Below are positions 37,632 through 52,279 of a stretch of 64,000 nucleotides of DNA, in pieces; positions within the stretch are counted from its first letter, which is position 1; every line of letters begins with the position of its first letter. The position numbers and the translations under genes are program-made. The DNA is from Camelus ferus (lineage: Eukaryota), in the NCBI RefSeq assembly GCF_009834535.1, contig NC_045697.1, positions 87,670,001-87,734,000 on the forward strand, in the 5' to 3' direction. The notes below the pieces were generated by a model that was not told the origin of the DNA, searched no databases, and worked only from the letters and a program-made list of their open reading frames with translations.

Positions 37632-39995
37632 TAGGACTTCTGATTTCAGTTCTAACATGTGAAGAGCTTGGAAGTGGTCCCTCCCTCCTGTCTTTACAAC
37701 AGAGAAGCTACATGCACTTAAAATGGATGACTTTCCTTGGACCCATCAGAGAACAGAGGTTACAGGGCCAACTCCCACTTTAGATTTTGGTGAGATGGGC
37801 AAATCCAGAGTCACAGCTGAGATCTGCTTACCTGGGGCAGAAGCAGCTGGTGCCATCAGAGGGTCGGGACCCTTAAATTGTAATTTTGAGGAAAATGCTG
37901 GGGGCTATGAACCAGGGGGAAAGTGAGAAACTTGTGAGGCTTATGCTTTTATGGGGCTCCGGTGAGCTTTAAGTTCCAGGAACCCAACCGCTGTCACAGT
38001 GAAGATCCAAGAAGGATCGTCTTGTGACTTTGGGGTGGAAAGGGAAAGAGCAATCATCATGAAATATTCCCACAGAGTTGTTCATAACAAAGGCATACGC
38101 TTGAGGAGGTAAGACTGTACCAGAGCCTTATCCCAGTTGGGGGAGGGCATGCTTACTCCAGCTAGTTTTCTGGTCTGACTTAAGAGGAAGAAAGGTATAC
38201 CATGAAGAAGTGCTTGTGAAGGTCACAGCCCAGGGACCCAGACATACTAAAAACTTGAGATTTAATCTTCAGATTCCATAATGCTTCCCTCCTCCCGCAC
38301 TTTATCACCACACCAGCCAGGCTCCGATGTAGTGATGGTGGATTACGATAGAAAGAGCTGTAAGATGCAGGCTGTCTCTGAAGAAGAGTGCTTAGGGAAG
38401 CCCAGAGTCAACAGGGGCAATAAAAACAAGGATACTAGAGAAAACTGAATACTCTGGCACCTACATTTATAGCAAATATTAGTATGATGTGTCTGGCTTT
38501 CAAACAAAATCACAAAGCATGCCAAAAAGCAAGAAAAACACAGTCCAAAGAGACAAGCAAGAATCAGAATCAGCTTTAGATACGGGACAGATGTTGGAAT
38601 TATCAGAAGTTAATATAACTAAGATTAATAACTTAAAGACTAAAGGGAAGAGAAGACAATGTGCAAGAACAGATGAGTAATGTAAGTGAAGAGACGGAAA
38701 CTATAAGAAAGAGTCAAAAGGAGATGTTAGAAATCAAAGACAGAAAGGAAGAGTGTCTTTGATGCCCTCCTCAGTAGACTGGGCATGCCTGCGGAGAGAG
38801 CTAGTGAGAATGCAGATAGGTCAATAGAAACTTACCAAATTAGAAGGTAAAGGGAAACCCAGTATCAACAAAAACAAAAAAAGGTAAAGGGAAAAAAATT
38901 CCAGAACATCCAAGAACTATGAGACAGTTGCAAAAGATGTAACATATACATAATTAGAATACCAGATAGAGAAGAAGCAGAAGAAATAGATGAGGTAATA
39001 ATGGCTAAGAACTTTCCAAAATTAATCACAGACACTAAACCACAGATCTAAGAAGCTCAGCCTAAGAAGAAGAATTACTGTACCATCCCTCCAAAAAATA
39101 ACCAAGAAACTATACCTAGGTATATCATAATCAAGCTGCAGAAAATCAAAAACATAGAGAAAATTCTTGAAAGAATCCAGAGGAAAAAAATACACCTTAC
39201 TTATATATGAACAAAGATAAGAATTATAGTGATCTTCTAATGAGAAACCATGCAAATAAGAAAAGAGTGGAGGGAAGTGTTTAAAGTTTTGAAAGAAAAA
39301 CATCAACATATAATTCTATATGCAGTAAAATTACTCTTCAAGAGTAAAGAAGAAAAGGTTTTCTCAGACAAACAAAACTTGAGGGACTTTTTCACCAGCA
39401 GAACTACCCTGACAGAAATGTGAAGCGAAGTTCTTCAGTGAGAAGGAAAATGATGTAGGTCAGAAACTCAGACCTATGTGAAGAAAGGAAGTGTGTCAAA
39501 GAAGCAATACATAACGTAAAATGAAGTCTTTTGCTTTTCTTGTTTTTAATTGCACTAAAAGATAATTGTTGGTTTAAAGCAATAATAGTAACAAAGTATT
39601 GGGTTATTGTGGCATACGGATAAGTGAAATGAGTAAATAAGTGAATAAGAGATGAGAAGGAGGAATTAGGAATAACTGCATTACATGAAGCAGCATAGAG
39701 TTACGTGAGGTGGATTTAGATTGGTTAAAAATGCATTTTTGATATTTCATCAACTATTGAAAATATTTTTAAAAGAAGTATAACATGCTACAAGAGGAGA
39801 AAAAATGGAATCATGAAATGCTCACCTGAAATTGGAAAGGCAGAAAAAGATAGAAATAAGAAGAAACAGAACAAATGCAATAATTAGAACAGTTAAACAT
39901 GGTAGATACTGATTCAACTGTATCAATAATCACTTTAAATGCTTATAGACATCAATTAAAAGGAACACTTGTTGGAGTGAATTAAGAAATAAATA
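37632..39995 (+). mobile_element. Old L1M (L1MC-like): 5'UTR, decayed ORF1 and start of ORF2
   Basis: ORF1 motifs KRCNIYIIRIPDREEAEE..IMAKNFPKL..PQI*EAQ from 38932, then IPRYIIIKL and ILYAVKLLFK. The ORF2 endonuclease start SIITLN is near 39920. Confidence 0.88.
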
Positions 39996-40001
39996 TGGAA
40001 T

Positions 40002-40262
40002 TGTATCAGTGAAATAATGGTAGCTGCTCTGACAGGGAGTCCTTACAATTTCAGTGGCTTAACACAATACGAGTTTTCTTCTCACTCACGTAGAAGTTGA
40101 TCAGGTTCCTAGGCCAGGTTAGGGACCAAGGTCGTCTGCACAGGGTCAAGGACCAAGGTCTTTCTATTGCATGGCTTCTTCTTCCCTAGTGCTTCATAAA
40201 TTTTGCATCCAGGTGGTACAAAAGGGAAGGAGAGAGCAAAGGGTAGGAATTTATAGATGTGT
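40002..40262 (-). mobile_element. MaLR LTR fragment (MLT1-like)
   Basis: tgtatcagtgaaataatggtagctgct...caatttcagtggcttaacacaat...ttctctcactcac. Confidence 0.6.
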
Positions 40263-40759
40263 AATTCACAAATTTTTCTACAAAACAACTTTGAGAATGA
40301 CAACTTACTTATAGGATATTTAGATATTTTAAAGAGAAAGTATAAACCACTAGGGCTTAGAGAAAGATATCCTGTGAACATCAATTTAGGACACTCTTAC
40401 ATAAATATGAAGTATAATCTCTAAAATGAAAATGTAGCCTTTTGGATAAAGTTGCCAAGGAAAACTTGAGATTTCAAGAAAAGTAGGGGGAAAAAAGCAC
40501 TTGAATTGTGTTAAAAAAATTATTTGGACAATTTCTGGAAGCCAGTTTAAATACATTGTTTTGTAAAAATTTTCGGCACAGGAAGTTTATTTTAAATGTT
40601 AAAAAAGTGGACCAATCTGGTGAATGTCTAAACCTAACTTGATTTAAATGGAAAATGCTGCTCAAAAATACTTACCTCTCTTCTAAGTTTATGACCCCTT
40701 GTTTCCATTCGGTTACCACATATTTCCATGTGAATGGTCTAGCAGATAATTAAAATCAT

Positions 40760-42660
40760 ATGTCTAAAATTTAAAAACAAAATAAAACATAAGCATCTCC
40801 ACAAAAAGAACTTAACAATATTGTAAAGAGAGTAAAAATAATTCAATCAATTCATTAGATGTCAGGAAAGGAGAAGAGAAAATACAAACAAAAATGACAC
40901 AACACAAAATGGTAGAGAGGATCCAAGTGGATAAATCATCTCAATAGATGTAAACTGATTAAACGTATGATCAGTTAAACAGAGATTTTAATTTTAATCT
41001 TTGATTTATGTACTTCTTTGTAAGAAGTAGAGCAAAACAATGACATAGAAAGGCTGAAAGTAAACACATGGAAAAGTATATTAGGGAAATACTGTATTAG
41101 TAGAACTGAGACCCAAAATACATTACTAAAGAGGATCATTTTTAATGAGGAAGCTGCTATTTCCCAAGAATATGTAGCAGTTTCAACTTGTGAGTAACTA
41201 ACAACACATCCTCAAACACAGGGGCCAAAACTGAAATAATTTGAAGTTGAGATGAAATTAACAAATCCACATAGAAGATTTTAACACAACTCTGTGAAGT
41301 ACTGGTGTCAAGCATAGAAGTTTAATACATATACAGACACAATGAATAATAAAATTAACACAGTTGGTCTAATGTGTATTTACAAAATCCCTCCCCCAAC
41401 AACTACAGAGTAGAGAGATCACTTTTCAAGCACACACAAAGCTTACATACAGATTGACCCTACAAAGTCAATCACAACCAATGTCAGTGAATCAGTATGA
41501 TATTGTCTGACCATAGCCAATAACATTATATAATGATATATTTTGAACATATGGGTATAACTTACATATTATGCATTTTAAAGCAATATTCTCTAACATA
41601 TTTAATGGATTTAATACTGATGATGTTTAGATGATGATGAAGGTGGCAGCCAGTTTCAGCAGAGTGTTCAGTGGGTCATGTGCTGTGACACGTGCATGCT
41701 ATAAACTTCATAACACCCTTAGGTGGGTTCTATGCTGTTCTTATTTTGCTGATGAGGAAATGAAAGCACAGATCTAGTGAAGGATGGAGCTAAGATGGAA
41801 AGCCCAGACAACCTGACTTCCGTTACCATGCTTTAAACCATGACAATATGAAGAAATAAAAACGAACGGTAGAACTAAGCATCAGTGAAACACTACATGT
41901 TAAAATTTGTGGAAGGCAGTTATTAAATTGTTTGTAGGGAGTTTTATCTTAAATTCATGTAACAGTGTAGAAGACACGTGGAAAATTAACTTTCTTTCCA
42001 TGCATTCAGCACCAAAAGGTAGAAAGAGAAAAGCACAGTACACTCAGGAAACAAACTCAGGATATAAACTCAGGACATAAAGAAGCCAGAACAAAAATAT
42101 GAATTAAATATAAATCAAAGAAACAAAGCCCTAAAATCTGTTTCTTTAGAAAGAAATTCCTCTGACAAAACTGATTTTCAAAAAGGTGATATAAATATTA
42201 TGAATAAAAAAAGGAAGATGAGTATATGCAGAATGGAAATATTAAAAATTTTATGTAAATACTTGGGTGAACTGGCCAATTTTCCAGAACACTGTATATT
42301 ACCAAAATTGACAGAAAAGAAATTTTAAAAAACAAATTAATCTAAAACCATTGTCACTTAACTGGCAGTCAAGAACCTACCCACAAAACCAGACACTTTT
42401 TTAGTACAGGTTTTACTAAATCTTCATAGGAGAGAGAACATCTATTTGGGGCACACTTTCAAAAACTGAGGAATAGGGAAGTTTTCCAACTCACGAAAGT
42501 CAGAGAGAGATGGAGAGGAAGGAGTGCAATATGGGCCAATCCTTTTATAAGCATAGATGCAAACACTAAATAAAACATTAACGCAAATTAACACATATCA
42601 TGTATTTCTATAAAATGTACAACATTTAATTTTCAAAGCGTGCAGATGATCATTTTATAA
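40760..42660 (+). mobile_element. Highly decayed L1ME ORF2 (endonuclease/RT) region
   Basis: A-rich strand with a second ORF2 start (atggtagagagg...atgtaaactgattaaac) and L1-like aacaactacagagta, aaatttgtggaaggcag, taccaaaattgacagaa, catagatgcaaa. Confidence 0.65.
41625..41845 (-). mobile_element. MIR SINE nested in the L1ME relic
   Basis: cttcataacacccttaggtggg...ttattttgctgatgaggaaatgaaagcacaga. Confidence 0.7.
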
Positions 42661-45600
42661 TTGACACACAAATTGTTTTCAGTAACAAAGTTGCATAATG
42701 ATGAAAACATTGCCAAATATCTGTTTTCAAAATTTTGTCTTGATAGCAGGAATTATTTTCCAAAACAATCATTTTCTCACTTCTTATTAAAAGTGCTTTT
42801 ACACTGGGACATATTAAGGGTGTGTGTGTGTGTGTGTTTAAATACTGCTAAGCAGGCATTTTTAATTATAGAAAAGTTCAAAAATTTGGAACCTTTTTTT
42901 TTTTAGTAAGAGGAAAACATGTAACTAATCTTCAGATTCTCCAACTTTTAAAAAACTTTACTGTGAGATGACCAGTCTCTTTATGATACTTAAGATTTTC
43001 ATGTCAATCCCCATTTTAGTACAAACAGTGATAAATATTTTTCTATTCAATATAATACCATCATGAAATTTACTATAATATAATCCCTAAGTCCCTCTGA
43101 CCCAAAGGCTTAATGATGGAGCCAGTTTCAATCTGTATATTAAATATTAGTAAACTTAGTTGCTTTCCTATTTTTTAAATTAAAAATGAATATAAAAGGT
43201 CCATCTTGTGACCCTCTGGAATGCAAGCACCATGAATTGGAAACTGCTGCTCTGATAAGGTAGGGGAGTCAGAAATCTTTTGCCATCAGGGATGGGCCAG
43301 AGTGGCTAGCTGTCAAGTGAGGTTTTAGGATGACACCCAGAGATGGGAGTAAGATATTTTACCTCTGTTTTCAGGAAACAGTTGCAGCCAGAAAGGTCAG
43401 CGCTGCCACTGTCTATGCCAAGCAAGCAACACTGCTTCAGTGTTCTGGTCTAATGATAAATTCTTAAAATGTATTTTGAAGTATTAGATGTTGAGGCTTT
43501 TTGAACTTGAAATGTTTCTAGACACAGAAATATATTATGTTAATTCCAGCTAATTTAAACACCAATGATACGTTCGTTATGGAAGATACAACATACAGCG
43601 TTAATTATAGGGCCGCATTCCAAATAGGAAGGCTGAAACACTCTTAAGGAAATTGCGTTATTCAAGACCCTGAGATCTAGCTCAGCGCTAGTGAACACCA
43701 TGGACTTTATACACACTGATAGAAATTTCAACTGTCTTAACATCAAACTCCTCACAGGACTTTTTAAAAGAAACATCTTTTTCTGTTTTAACAGTGGAGC
43801 TAGACTCCCTGAAAGTGAGTTATACGTTAGAATGTCAGTTACTTTTATTTGTATTCATTAGTGCTGGTATTGCAAACAGTCTGTCCAAGTGGAAGAAAAG
43901 AAGAGACTAAAGTCCTTCAGTAACCCCTCTCATTAATTCTTTGTGCAAACAAACTCTAGTTTGGTATAAAGCAAGATAACCTAATGGACGTTTTGTAGAG
44001 GATGTGCAGCCACTTTGTTTACCAGTTAAGTTTTATCAAATAAAACGGACCAAGAAAAGCCAAGAAAAGTTTGCAGTTCTATAAATCTCAAGCTATATCT
44101 TGAACATTCCTGAAACACCCAATCTCCAGACTTTGGCTTTGAATAGATTTATAAGAGTCAAAGGTCACAGTTCTTGCAAACAGAGGAAACGGTACATAGA
44201 GTTTTTGTTTATTTTCTGTCTCTTAAAAAAATCAAATATGGCCGTCAAGGCCATAAAACACTGACACTCAACTACTAGCAGTAGCAGAAGTGGGGCCTGT
44301 GGGTGTTTTTGTCTCCTTGGTTACCATGTGTAACAAAAACAGATGCAGAATAGCTTTCAGGTTTCCTCTATCTGGCTTTAACCAAGGTTTTAATACATTT
44401 GTTTTAAATAACAGAGGAATTCCATGAAACATCTGCAAAGAGAAAGCAAATCAAGTCAGTTGCCCACGAACTTAGGAATATGAACAAGATGGCATGTGGT
44501 TTGTAGAGCAGGAAGATTTTTTTTGGCTTCAGGTTGAAGGACATCCGTTTTAGTTCTAAGGTTTCTATTTATTAGGTCTTGGAATTTCGTGGAGACTTTT
44601 ATTCCTCATCTGTAACATAACTGGGATCCCCTTTGTCTCAGTGTTACTAAGGCGATTACGGGAAACTACTAACAGGGAAACTTTCGTTTCCGTTTTCTTT
44701 CTTTTTGTTTTTTAAAGTTAAAGAATAATATAGATTTAAGGTCTCACAATGGTATTTTGTAGCTATGAGTTCTTCTGTTTCCAGAGTTGCCTCAGCTGGA
44801 TGCCTGCTCTGGGCTGACTCATCTGCTGGCTGGGGGAGACGGGAAAACCTAGGACAGTGGCGTCAGGATGAGCTACTATTGTTCTATTAGCAATACTGAT
44901 CAGAATTAATTTTCTATTATTTTCAAATTTCACTTTAGAGGACGCTATACCAGTGGTGGCTGTGTCTTTCTATGGCCTTGTTGACTGGATGTATTTACAG
45001 TGGTCCTTGCACCACTACAAAGCATTTAGCTTTTCAAATGAATTGAAAATAGGAAATGAAAATATCATCTCTGTTCCATACGCAAAACAAATATGAATCA
45101 TTCAACCACTCTGAATCCTTAAAAGTACCTATTTTGCTTTTTAACTTTTAAATTCTAAGCCCGTAGGGCAAATATCCTCTCTAATTCTTTCTAGTAAATT
45201 ATTGATCCACAAATGCTGCTTGTGCATAATAGTTATATATAGCTAAATTGTTCCCGTACAGTAATTGATTTTAAGCTCATATAGCTAAATTTTTTTTTTT
45301 TTAGGTCAGGAGGTTAGTATTTGCCAAAGCCTCTGTCTAGAGTTAATACAACTTTTGGTAATGGGTGAGTCATTGAAATGTCCTGCTTTATCTTTAAATC
45401 ATCTCCAGTTGCCTCTTCCTCTTTTTAAGCTTTGTATATAGAAAGCTTCTGTTATTAGCAGCCTTAATTAGGAAACTCTAAGTGTCTTTAGTCCATATCC
45501 TTTGGGTCCTAGTTGGTTGCTAAGCAGTCAACTAGGAAAGACTGGGCTCTGATTGCAGACTGTTCCAGACTGCAAAATCCTGTCCATCCCGTTCAGAGAA

Positions 45601-48600
45601 ATGAACAGCTTTAGGACAGAGGTCCTCGAGCAGATTTCTAAGACTGCAGCCAAATGCTTAAAACAGTGAGACCTAGAATGACTTTAATCTTCCTGAACTA
45701 GAAGTTTCCTAGGATTAGACAGGCTCTTAAGCTGAAATACATAGCACAAAGTCCATCAATGATTAATTTCTCAAAGATTATCTCCTATACTGTTTTAGTT
45801 AGACGTCTTTCCAGGCAATCGCATCCTGATTATGGGCCACCTCATTTGATATTGTCTCTTGCCCACTATAACATCTTAAAATAGAGCAATGCCTCTTGAT
45901 TTCTGTAGCTTGAGTGATAAAAATTAATGTGTTTATATAAAACAATGGATTTGGCATTTAACGGAATTTAAATAACATAATGGCATCAACCATCACCATA
46001 TCTTCTTAGAGCCTTAAGAAAATGGATGTTAATTTGGGGGAAAGTCCTGAGTTTCTCAGAATTAACAAGCTTTACAAGAATGAGGGACCAACAAACGTAA
46101 GGACTATTTTATTCATAAGAAAGTCGCTAGTTGTTGATGGGATAACTTGATCCCCAGGGAAGTCTTCCTAAAACAAGGATTTGTTCCCCAAAGGCGAGAG
46201 GTAGTTCTGACTGGTGGGGATTAACTTCTGGATTCAGAGCACATGCCACAAAGCTAAGGGAATTCTGGTTTCTGACCGAGAGACCAGCCCTTTAAGTGGC
46301 CGACAACAATTTTTGTTTTACGTGCCAAAGAATACAAAGCTGAATAAGGAATGGCTCTTGCTCTAAATAGTTTTTAAACTGTGTGAAGGTAGCAAGCATT
46401 AATGTTTCCCTTGGAAATTCCTTCTGGATACTCAGTCATGGTAATGATGGAATGTGTGGGGCAATTTTTTACCATCATTTGGGTAATTCTTGTTGTGGGA
46501 ACAGTCAGCCATGTATTTGGTTAGCTTCCTAGAGTCAGCATACAAAAGGATATCCATTCAGGACATTCAGAAAATTTGTTTTTTCCTCTGGCCCAAGTCA
46601 TCTTTCTAGGTCCAGGAAATATTTCAGTTTTACTATGAATTCCTACTTATCCTTTCGACTCTGTACTCCAGAAGCTTTGAAACACCTTTGTTATAGCATA
46701 GGTTAGTATTATAATTATTTATGCATGTGATTTTTCTTTCATTAGCCTCTGAACTCTGCAGGCATTGATACCATGTTTTATTTGTCTTTGTTTATTTTGA
46801 TAAGTTTCATTATATTGTCAAATATACATACAGAGTTGAATATTTGTAATAAAAAAAGAAAATTTTACTTTCTTTCCATCCAAGAAAAATTTTTAAGAGG
46901 AAACTACAATTTGTTAATCCTTGTTCCTTCTTCAAATGTGTAGTTATTGGCAGTTCATTAGGTGAGGGGCATTTTCTTAGTGGGAGCAGTATCAGATACA
47001 ACTTCTTTTTTAAGAGTGGGTAGTAGTGAGATGTTATAATGTAAGCACGTGCTCTTCTGGACTTTTCTAAATCAGGTAACTTATTCTAGAATTCTTGGTT
47101 TGGATAATAAAAGATAAATGTGCAACTTTGTATAGCAGCATTTGCTACTGCAATTTTGATTTCCTGATGGTTTTAGTGAGCCTTCCATGCAGGATTATAA
47201 TTACTGGATAGTAATCACTGCTTTATGTAGGTCATTTTATTGACTTTGAGGTAGTTGCAGTTTTGATTCTAATTTTATGAGTGAGGAGACTGTGAGAAGG
47301 TTAACTCATCAGCTGGTAGTAGAGCTGGTGAGCGGTCTGGCTGGCTGTGAGCCTGGCCCACTCTTTGCAAACAATGAGCTGTGTCCCTCTGCTTCTCTTC
47401 ACCACTCGCCCTTTGTGCTGCTCTCATTGCTCCCCGTGTCCCCAAGTCGATGGACTGCAAATGTTATTCTGACTTGCTGCAGAGGGGAGTGAAGGTCGCA
47501 GACGATCCGGGTACATGTGGAGTGCACCAGAGGTTATCATCACAGACCGTGTTTATTGCGGCGCTCAGCCAGGGGTTTTTGGCAGTTTTCAGGACCGTGG
47601 AGGCCTCCTCTCAACACAGGAGCCAGTGTAAATACACAACAAAGGGACCACACCTGAGGAGGGCCTTCTGTCTATTTGAGTGACCTTGTTCATGGCTCTG
47701 GGCCACTGAAGATCCTTCTCATCAGTCACATTTTCCATTTCCCTTTCTGAAACTTCCTGTAAGCCTGTTTGAAGTTTTTCCCTCCCAGTAGTTTATAGGG
47801 TGATTAAGATTTCAAGTTCTCCAAAGATGAAGCTGATAGGTACTTTTTAAATGACATTGTCATCATAATTATATTTGCCAGTGCTGATCAGAATTTTCTT
47901 TAAAAGAATTAGTTATCACGGTAGTCCTCACCCTACCTGCCAGTTATCCTAGGACAAGATAAATTCATGCTCACACTTTGACAGTCACAGTCTATGAGAC
48001 AAGAAGTGGATCAGGAATTAGGTTTCTGCTACACGATGTAGTAGGGCTTGTCTAGTTCAGCTGGAACAAAGATCTTCCCCTCTTGTTTCCACTATTGCAT
48101 ATCAGTCAGTGTATCAGTCAGTAAACATTTTGGGGTGCCACCAAGTGCCCATGCCTTGATGAATACAAGAGATGAGTGACAAGATCCACATACAGAAGGA
48201 ATTTATTAAGAAAGGAGTCCAACAAACTTTGGGTCATCAACAGCTTGGAGGCACATTTTTGCTTTTGTAAACTGAATATGAAAAGATGACAGGGAATAAT
48301 AGACGGCTGAAGCCTGTGATGAGTGGTGGTGTGGGAAAAATGGAAGCTTGGCATGCTTGTCCTTGGTGGACCTACAAAATGCAGATAGGCCTCACAGAAT
48401 TGCAAAACTGAACTCCGAAATTTGGTTTTCAGTGAACACATGGCAGGGCTTGAGGATCTGAGATAATTAATAGAAATTAACCTCAAACTTGCTAACAACA
48501 GTTTGCCAAGAGGCTGCTGACACGAGTTGCTGCTATGGAAGACAAAGCTGACTTGTAATAAAACTGAAGTGCCCCTTTAAAAAGTACCGGTTAGGTAGAG

Positions 48601-51408
48601 ATGAAACCGTTTTGCATGCTTCCCTTTCTTACGTATTTAACTTGGAAATTTACCTACCTTATTGTGTAACCTGATTTTATTTTTGACACATGAGAAGATG
48701 GATCAACTTTTCTGTATTGCAGCATTTTTTGGGGTTAAATAACATTTTCAATATGCAATTTCAGTTTAGCTGATTTATAATTACAGTTTTATTATTTTAT
48801 AACAATGTGTTACTCTTAATATAATGTGCTCCTGTATTAAAGGCTGATGTGGTGCACAACTGTTGTTAAGCATGTAAACTGATGGCATAATTTGCCCTTG
48901 ACCTTGGATCTTGGGGTTGCTAGAACTCTGAGGAGAGAGAGGTGGGTTTTTTTTTTTTTTTTCCGGCCACTTGGGACACTACCAAAGGCATTAATTTTAA
49001 AACTAGACTGGAGTAATTACCGTTACATTTATGTTAGAGGTTAACATTTGTGTTATTTCCTCTTATTGCCTGGCTTTACAGAATGTTATGCCCCACTGCT
49101 TTTATTAAATCCAGGTAATAGAGGAAATAACAGTGTTATTAACCTCTAACACTGATGAAAAATTAGTCTTAAGTAAAACATGGTTTAAAATCACAGCAAT
49201 TGTGCTAGTCGTCTAGCTGGTTCCCCAACGAAGCACAGTAAGGCTTTGTGTACTCACTGCGTCCATATTTATTATTATAAAAATAAAGACAGAGTATAAT
49301 ATGAAATAAATCTCGGGGGGAATGGGGATTAGATTTTAATGCATACTATACTCTTACTAATAAATGTTATAGGTTTGCATGACATTAAAGAAATGAGTAC
49401 TTATTTTAAAAAGTACCACTTTTCTCTGCTTGAAAAAGCAACTAGTTTTGATAACGACTACTTTCACAGAAAGCACTTAGAAATTTAATATATAATATCA
49501 CTGACCCTATCAGAAGTCTCCAGTACAATGCTTCTAAACAAATATTTTTAAGCTGCGTATTACTGTAGAAAAGTTCTTTTCCATGCATGTTTGCTTTAAA
49601 ACATTAATTTTTAAAGTGATTTTTGATATTTGAGTAGAGGGATATTTTTCTTCCCTGGTTATACTATATATATATACAGAACATGGTTTTGTGGGGATAT
49701 TTATTCTACTTGAGACCACAAAGTAACCATCTCAAATGATTTTATTATTTTTAGACAAATGTGAAAATGTAGACTTAATAAATAAGGTTAAGGCAATAAT
49801 TTATTACAGAAAGATGTTCTTTACAGAAGAATTTGATAGCATAGTCTATTGTTTAGTTATAAAGTATAATTTATATGTTTTGATTCATAAATATTTTATT
49901 TAAATTTAATATTGAAGCAACACACCCACTCTGTCAAGTACAGTGTATTTGTATCTATCAAAGTAACTTTAAAGGTTTTTTTTTTTTAATTGTTTGTTTG
50001 ATTTTTTAAATACACCCTTCTGCCTAACTTTTATTAGTGAATTGTCAAATTATTTGAAGGTAAATTTTCTCTTGCAAAATAAAGCATATCTTTTAACTGT
50101 AGGTATATAGTTTTCTAAACTACACAATGTGATTTTAAAATAATGAAGTATTAAGAGGTTTCTTTTTAATCTGTTAGTTTAAATGAAGAATGAACATAAT
50201 TGATTAGGACAGGCATCATTATTGAGAGGGATCATTTTGTTTTACCTCTTTATTTGAAGGATTATGTGGAAGAACATTAATGTATTTGAGAGCCTTTTTG
50301 TGAAGTAAATGAATTCATATATAGATAAGTGTTTTGTAACTATGCAAATATGAAATATTAGATAATAATACTATTCTCATGACTTATAGTGGAAAAGATA
50401 TATAAACCTCATAGTATTCATTGCATTTCTATAATATATATTTGTCTAAAAGAAAACAAAAAGAAAAGTAAGCACTGTACTTCTTAACCTTTAGGTAAAT
50501 ATACATTCCAGTGGCATGAACAGTCCTAGGTTAAGACTCAGTTACACATTTACCTTTTAAATTAACAACCACTTCAGTGGTTAAATAAGTATTCCTAAGC
50601 CAAAACATTGGAAGCTTAGTTAGTATCCAAAACAAGTCTGTCATTAATGAACTTATTCCCCAACAAAAGGAAAAGGAGGCATCAAATGTGAACTGTGGAT
50701 GTGCTCAGTTCCCTTATTCTAAACACATTAGTACACCGTATTTTCCCACTTGGAGAAGCTTTTGTATACTGAGCATGTGGCTGTTTAAATGCCCCAGCGG
50801 GGCTTCCAGAGGCTGTGAAAAAAGGAAAAATTATTTGGAACAATTTGCATTCGTTCAAGGGCAACGTTAAGCATTTTACAGCTGGTTTGTGGCTATTCTT
50901 GTGCTGCGTAAGCTGTCTTTCATGTCAAAAGTCCTTTCCTGCTTACAGATCATCAGGAAGCATTCTGCTGCGTGCTGTTTGCCCAAGTTCCTCCAGGGCT
51001 CTGGGCCTTTGATCAGGGATACCATTTGCAATCTGGTTAAAAATAGGAGGCTGCTGAGATAAGCCTGGGTCCTGGAAGTGAGGAACGGCCCTTTCCTTTT
51101 TCTTTTTCAGCTTTGTTCTCTTGTTTTTTAATATGGGAACCGATGATCCCAGCGCAGAAGAATCGTGTTCAGGAATGAGGGCACGCTTAGAGGTGTCAGA
51201 ACTTTAAAGGGGAAGAAACTTTGTTAAAGAGGTCCACTTCATGAACCCAGGCCCACTATTTCAGTGTTTAAGTTTTAAGAGAAGTGAGTCTGTTATTTCT
51301 CGGGTTACAACACAGCAGTACTTGCTTCTCTCACACTGAAGGTACACGGCTTGTCGCACTACTTCCAAGTGTGGTTTTGAATATCTTTGAATATCTTTTT
51401 TCCCCCCA

Positions 51409-51766
51409 TTTTTTAAATTGAAGTAAAAAGTTGATTTATAATATGGTATTAGTTTCTGGTGTACAGCATAGTGATTCAGTTATATATTTATACACAGACA
51501 CAAACACATTCTTTTTCATACTCTTTTTCATTGCAGGTTACTATGAGCCATTGAATATAGTCCCATGTGCTATACAGTAGGACCTTGCCATTTATCTATT
51601 CTGTACATAGTAGTTTGTATCTGCCAATTCCGACTCCCAGTTTATCCCTCCCTGCCCCCTTTCCCTTCTGGTAACCATAAGTTTGTTTTCTATGTCCATG
51701 AGTTTCTTTATGTTTTGTAAATAAATTTGTGTCTTTTTTTTTTTTTAGATTCCACATATAAGTGAT
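51409..51766 (-). mobile_element. Cetartiodactyl-type L1 3'UTR
   Basis: ttttttaaattgaagta...tagtttctggtgtacagcatagtgattcagtt...tagattccacatataagtgat. Closely similar to 4998-5345. Confidence 0.9.
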
Positions 51767-52279
51767 CTTTATAGTGGAAAAAATTATGAGCAGGATTGTT
51801 GTTAGCAAACCTAACATAAAAGAGCAATAATATAATTGAAATTACAGTTTGATAATGATCATTATAAGGATAAAGCCAGAATAAAAATGACTCATCTTTT
51901 TATTTTCTACATCACTTATCAGTTGTCAGTACTTTCTTAAGTTTGGCTACTTGTTGAAAACAAAAGCATGAGGATTTATTATACATAGTTTCTTGTTTAG
52001 TTTCTCTAGGAATTTCAGTTAACATTACTCTATGAATTTAAGATGCAGGGAGACGGTGACTTGTTCATTATTGTTTGCTTAAGTAACAAATCAAATGTGC
52101 CACAAGCCATGAAATTAGACACTTCTTTGGAAATGAAACATAATCTAGATGGTGAAAATATAGTAAGTTTGACTACTAGAATATCAATATGATACTCAGG
52201 GTGAAATATTTAGTATGAAATGAAATGTACTAGAAGAGGTCTTGGGAATTTAATGAATTTTTCTGCTAGCAGGCAAGAC

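Noticed and set aside
50700..50778. pre-miRNA-like hairpin (tgctcagt / actgagca)
   Set aside because: Only an 8-bp stem, and the interior does not pair.
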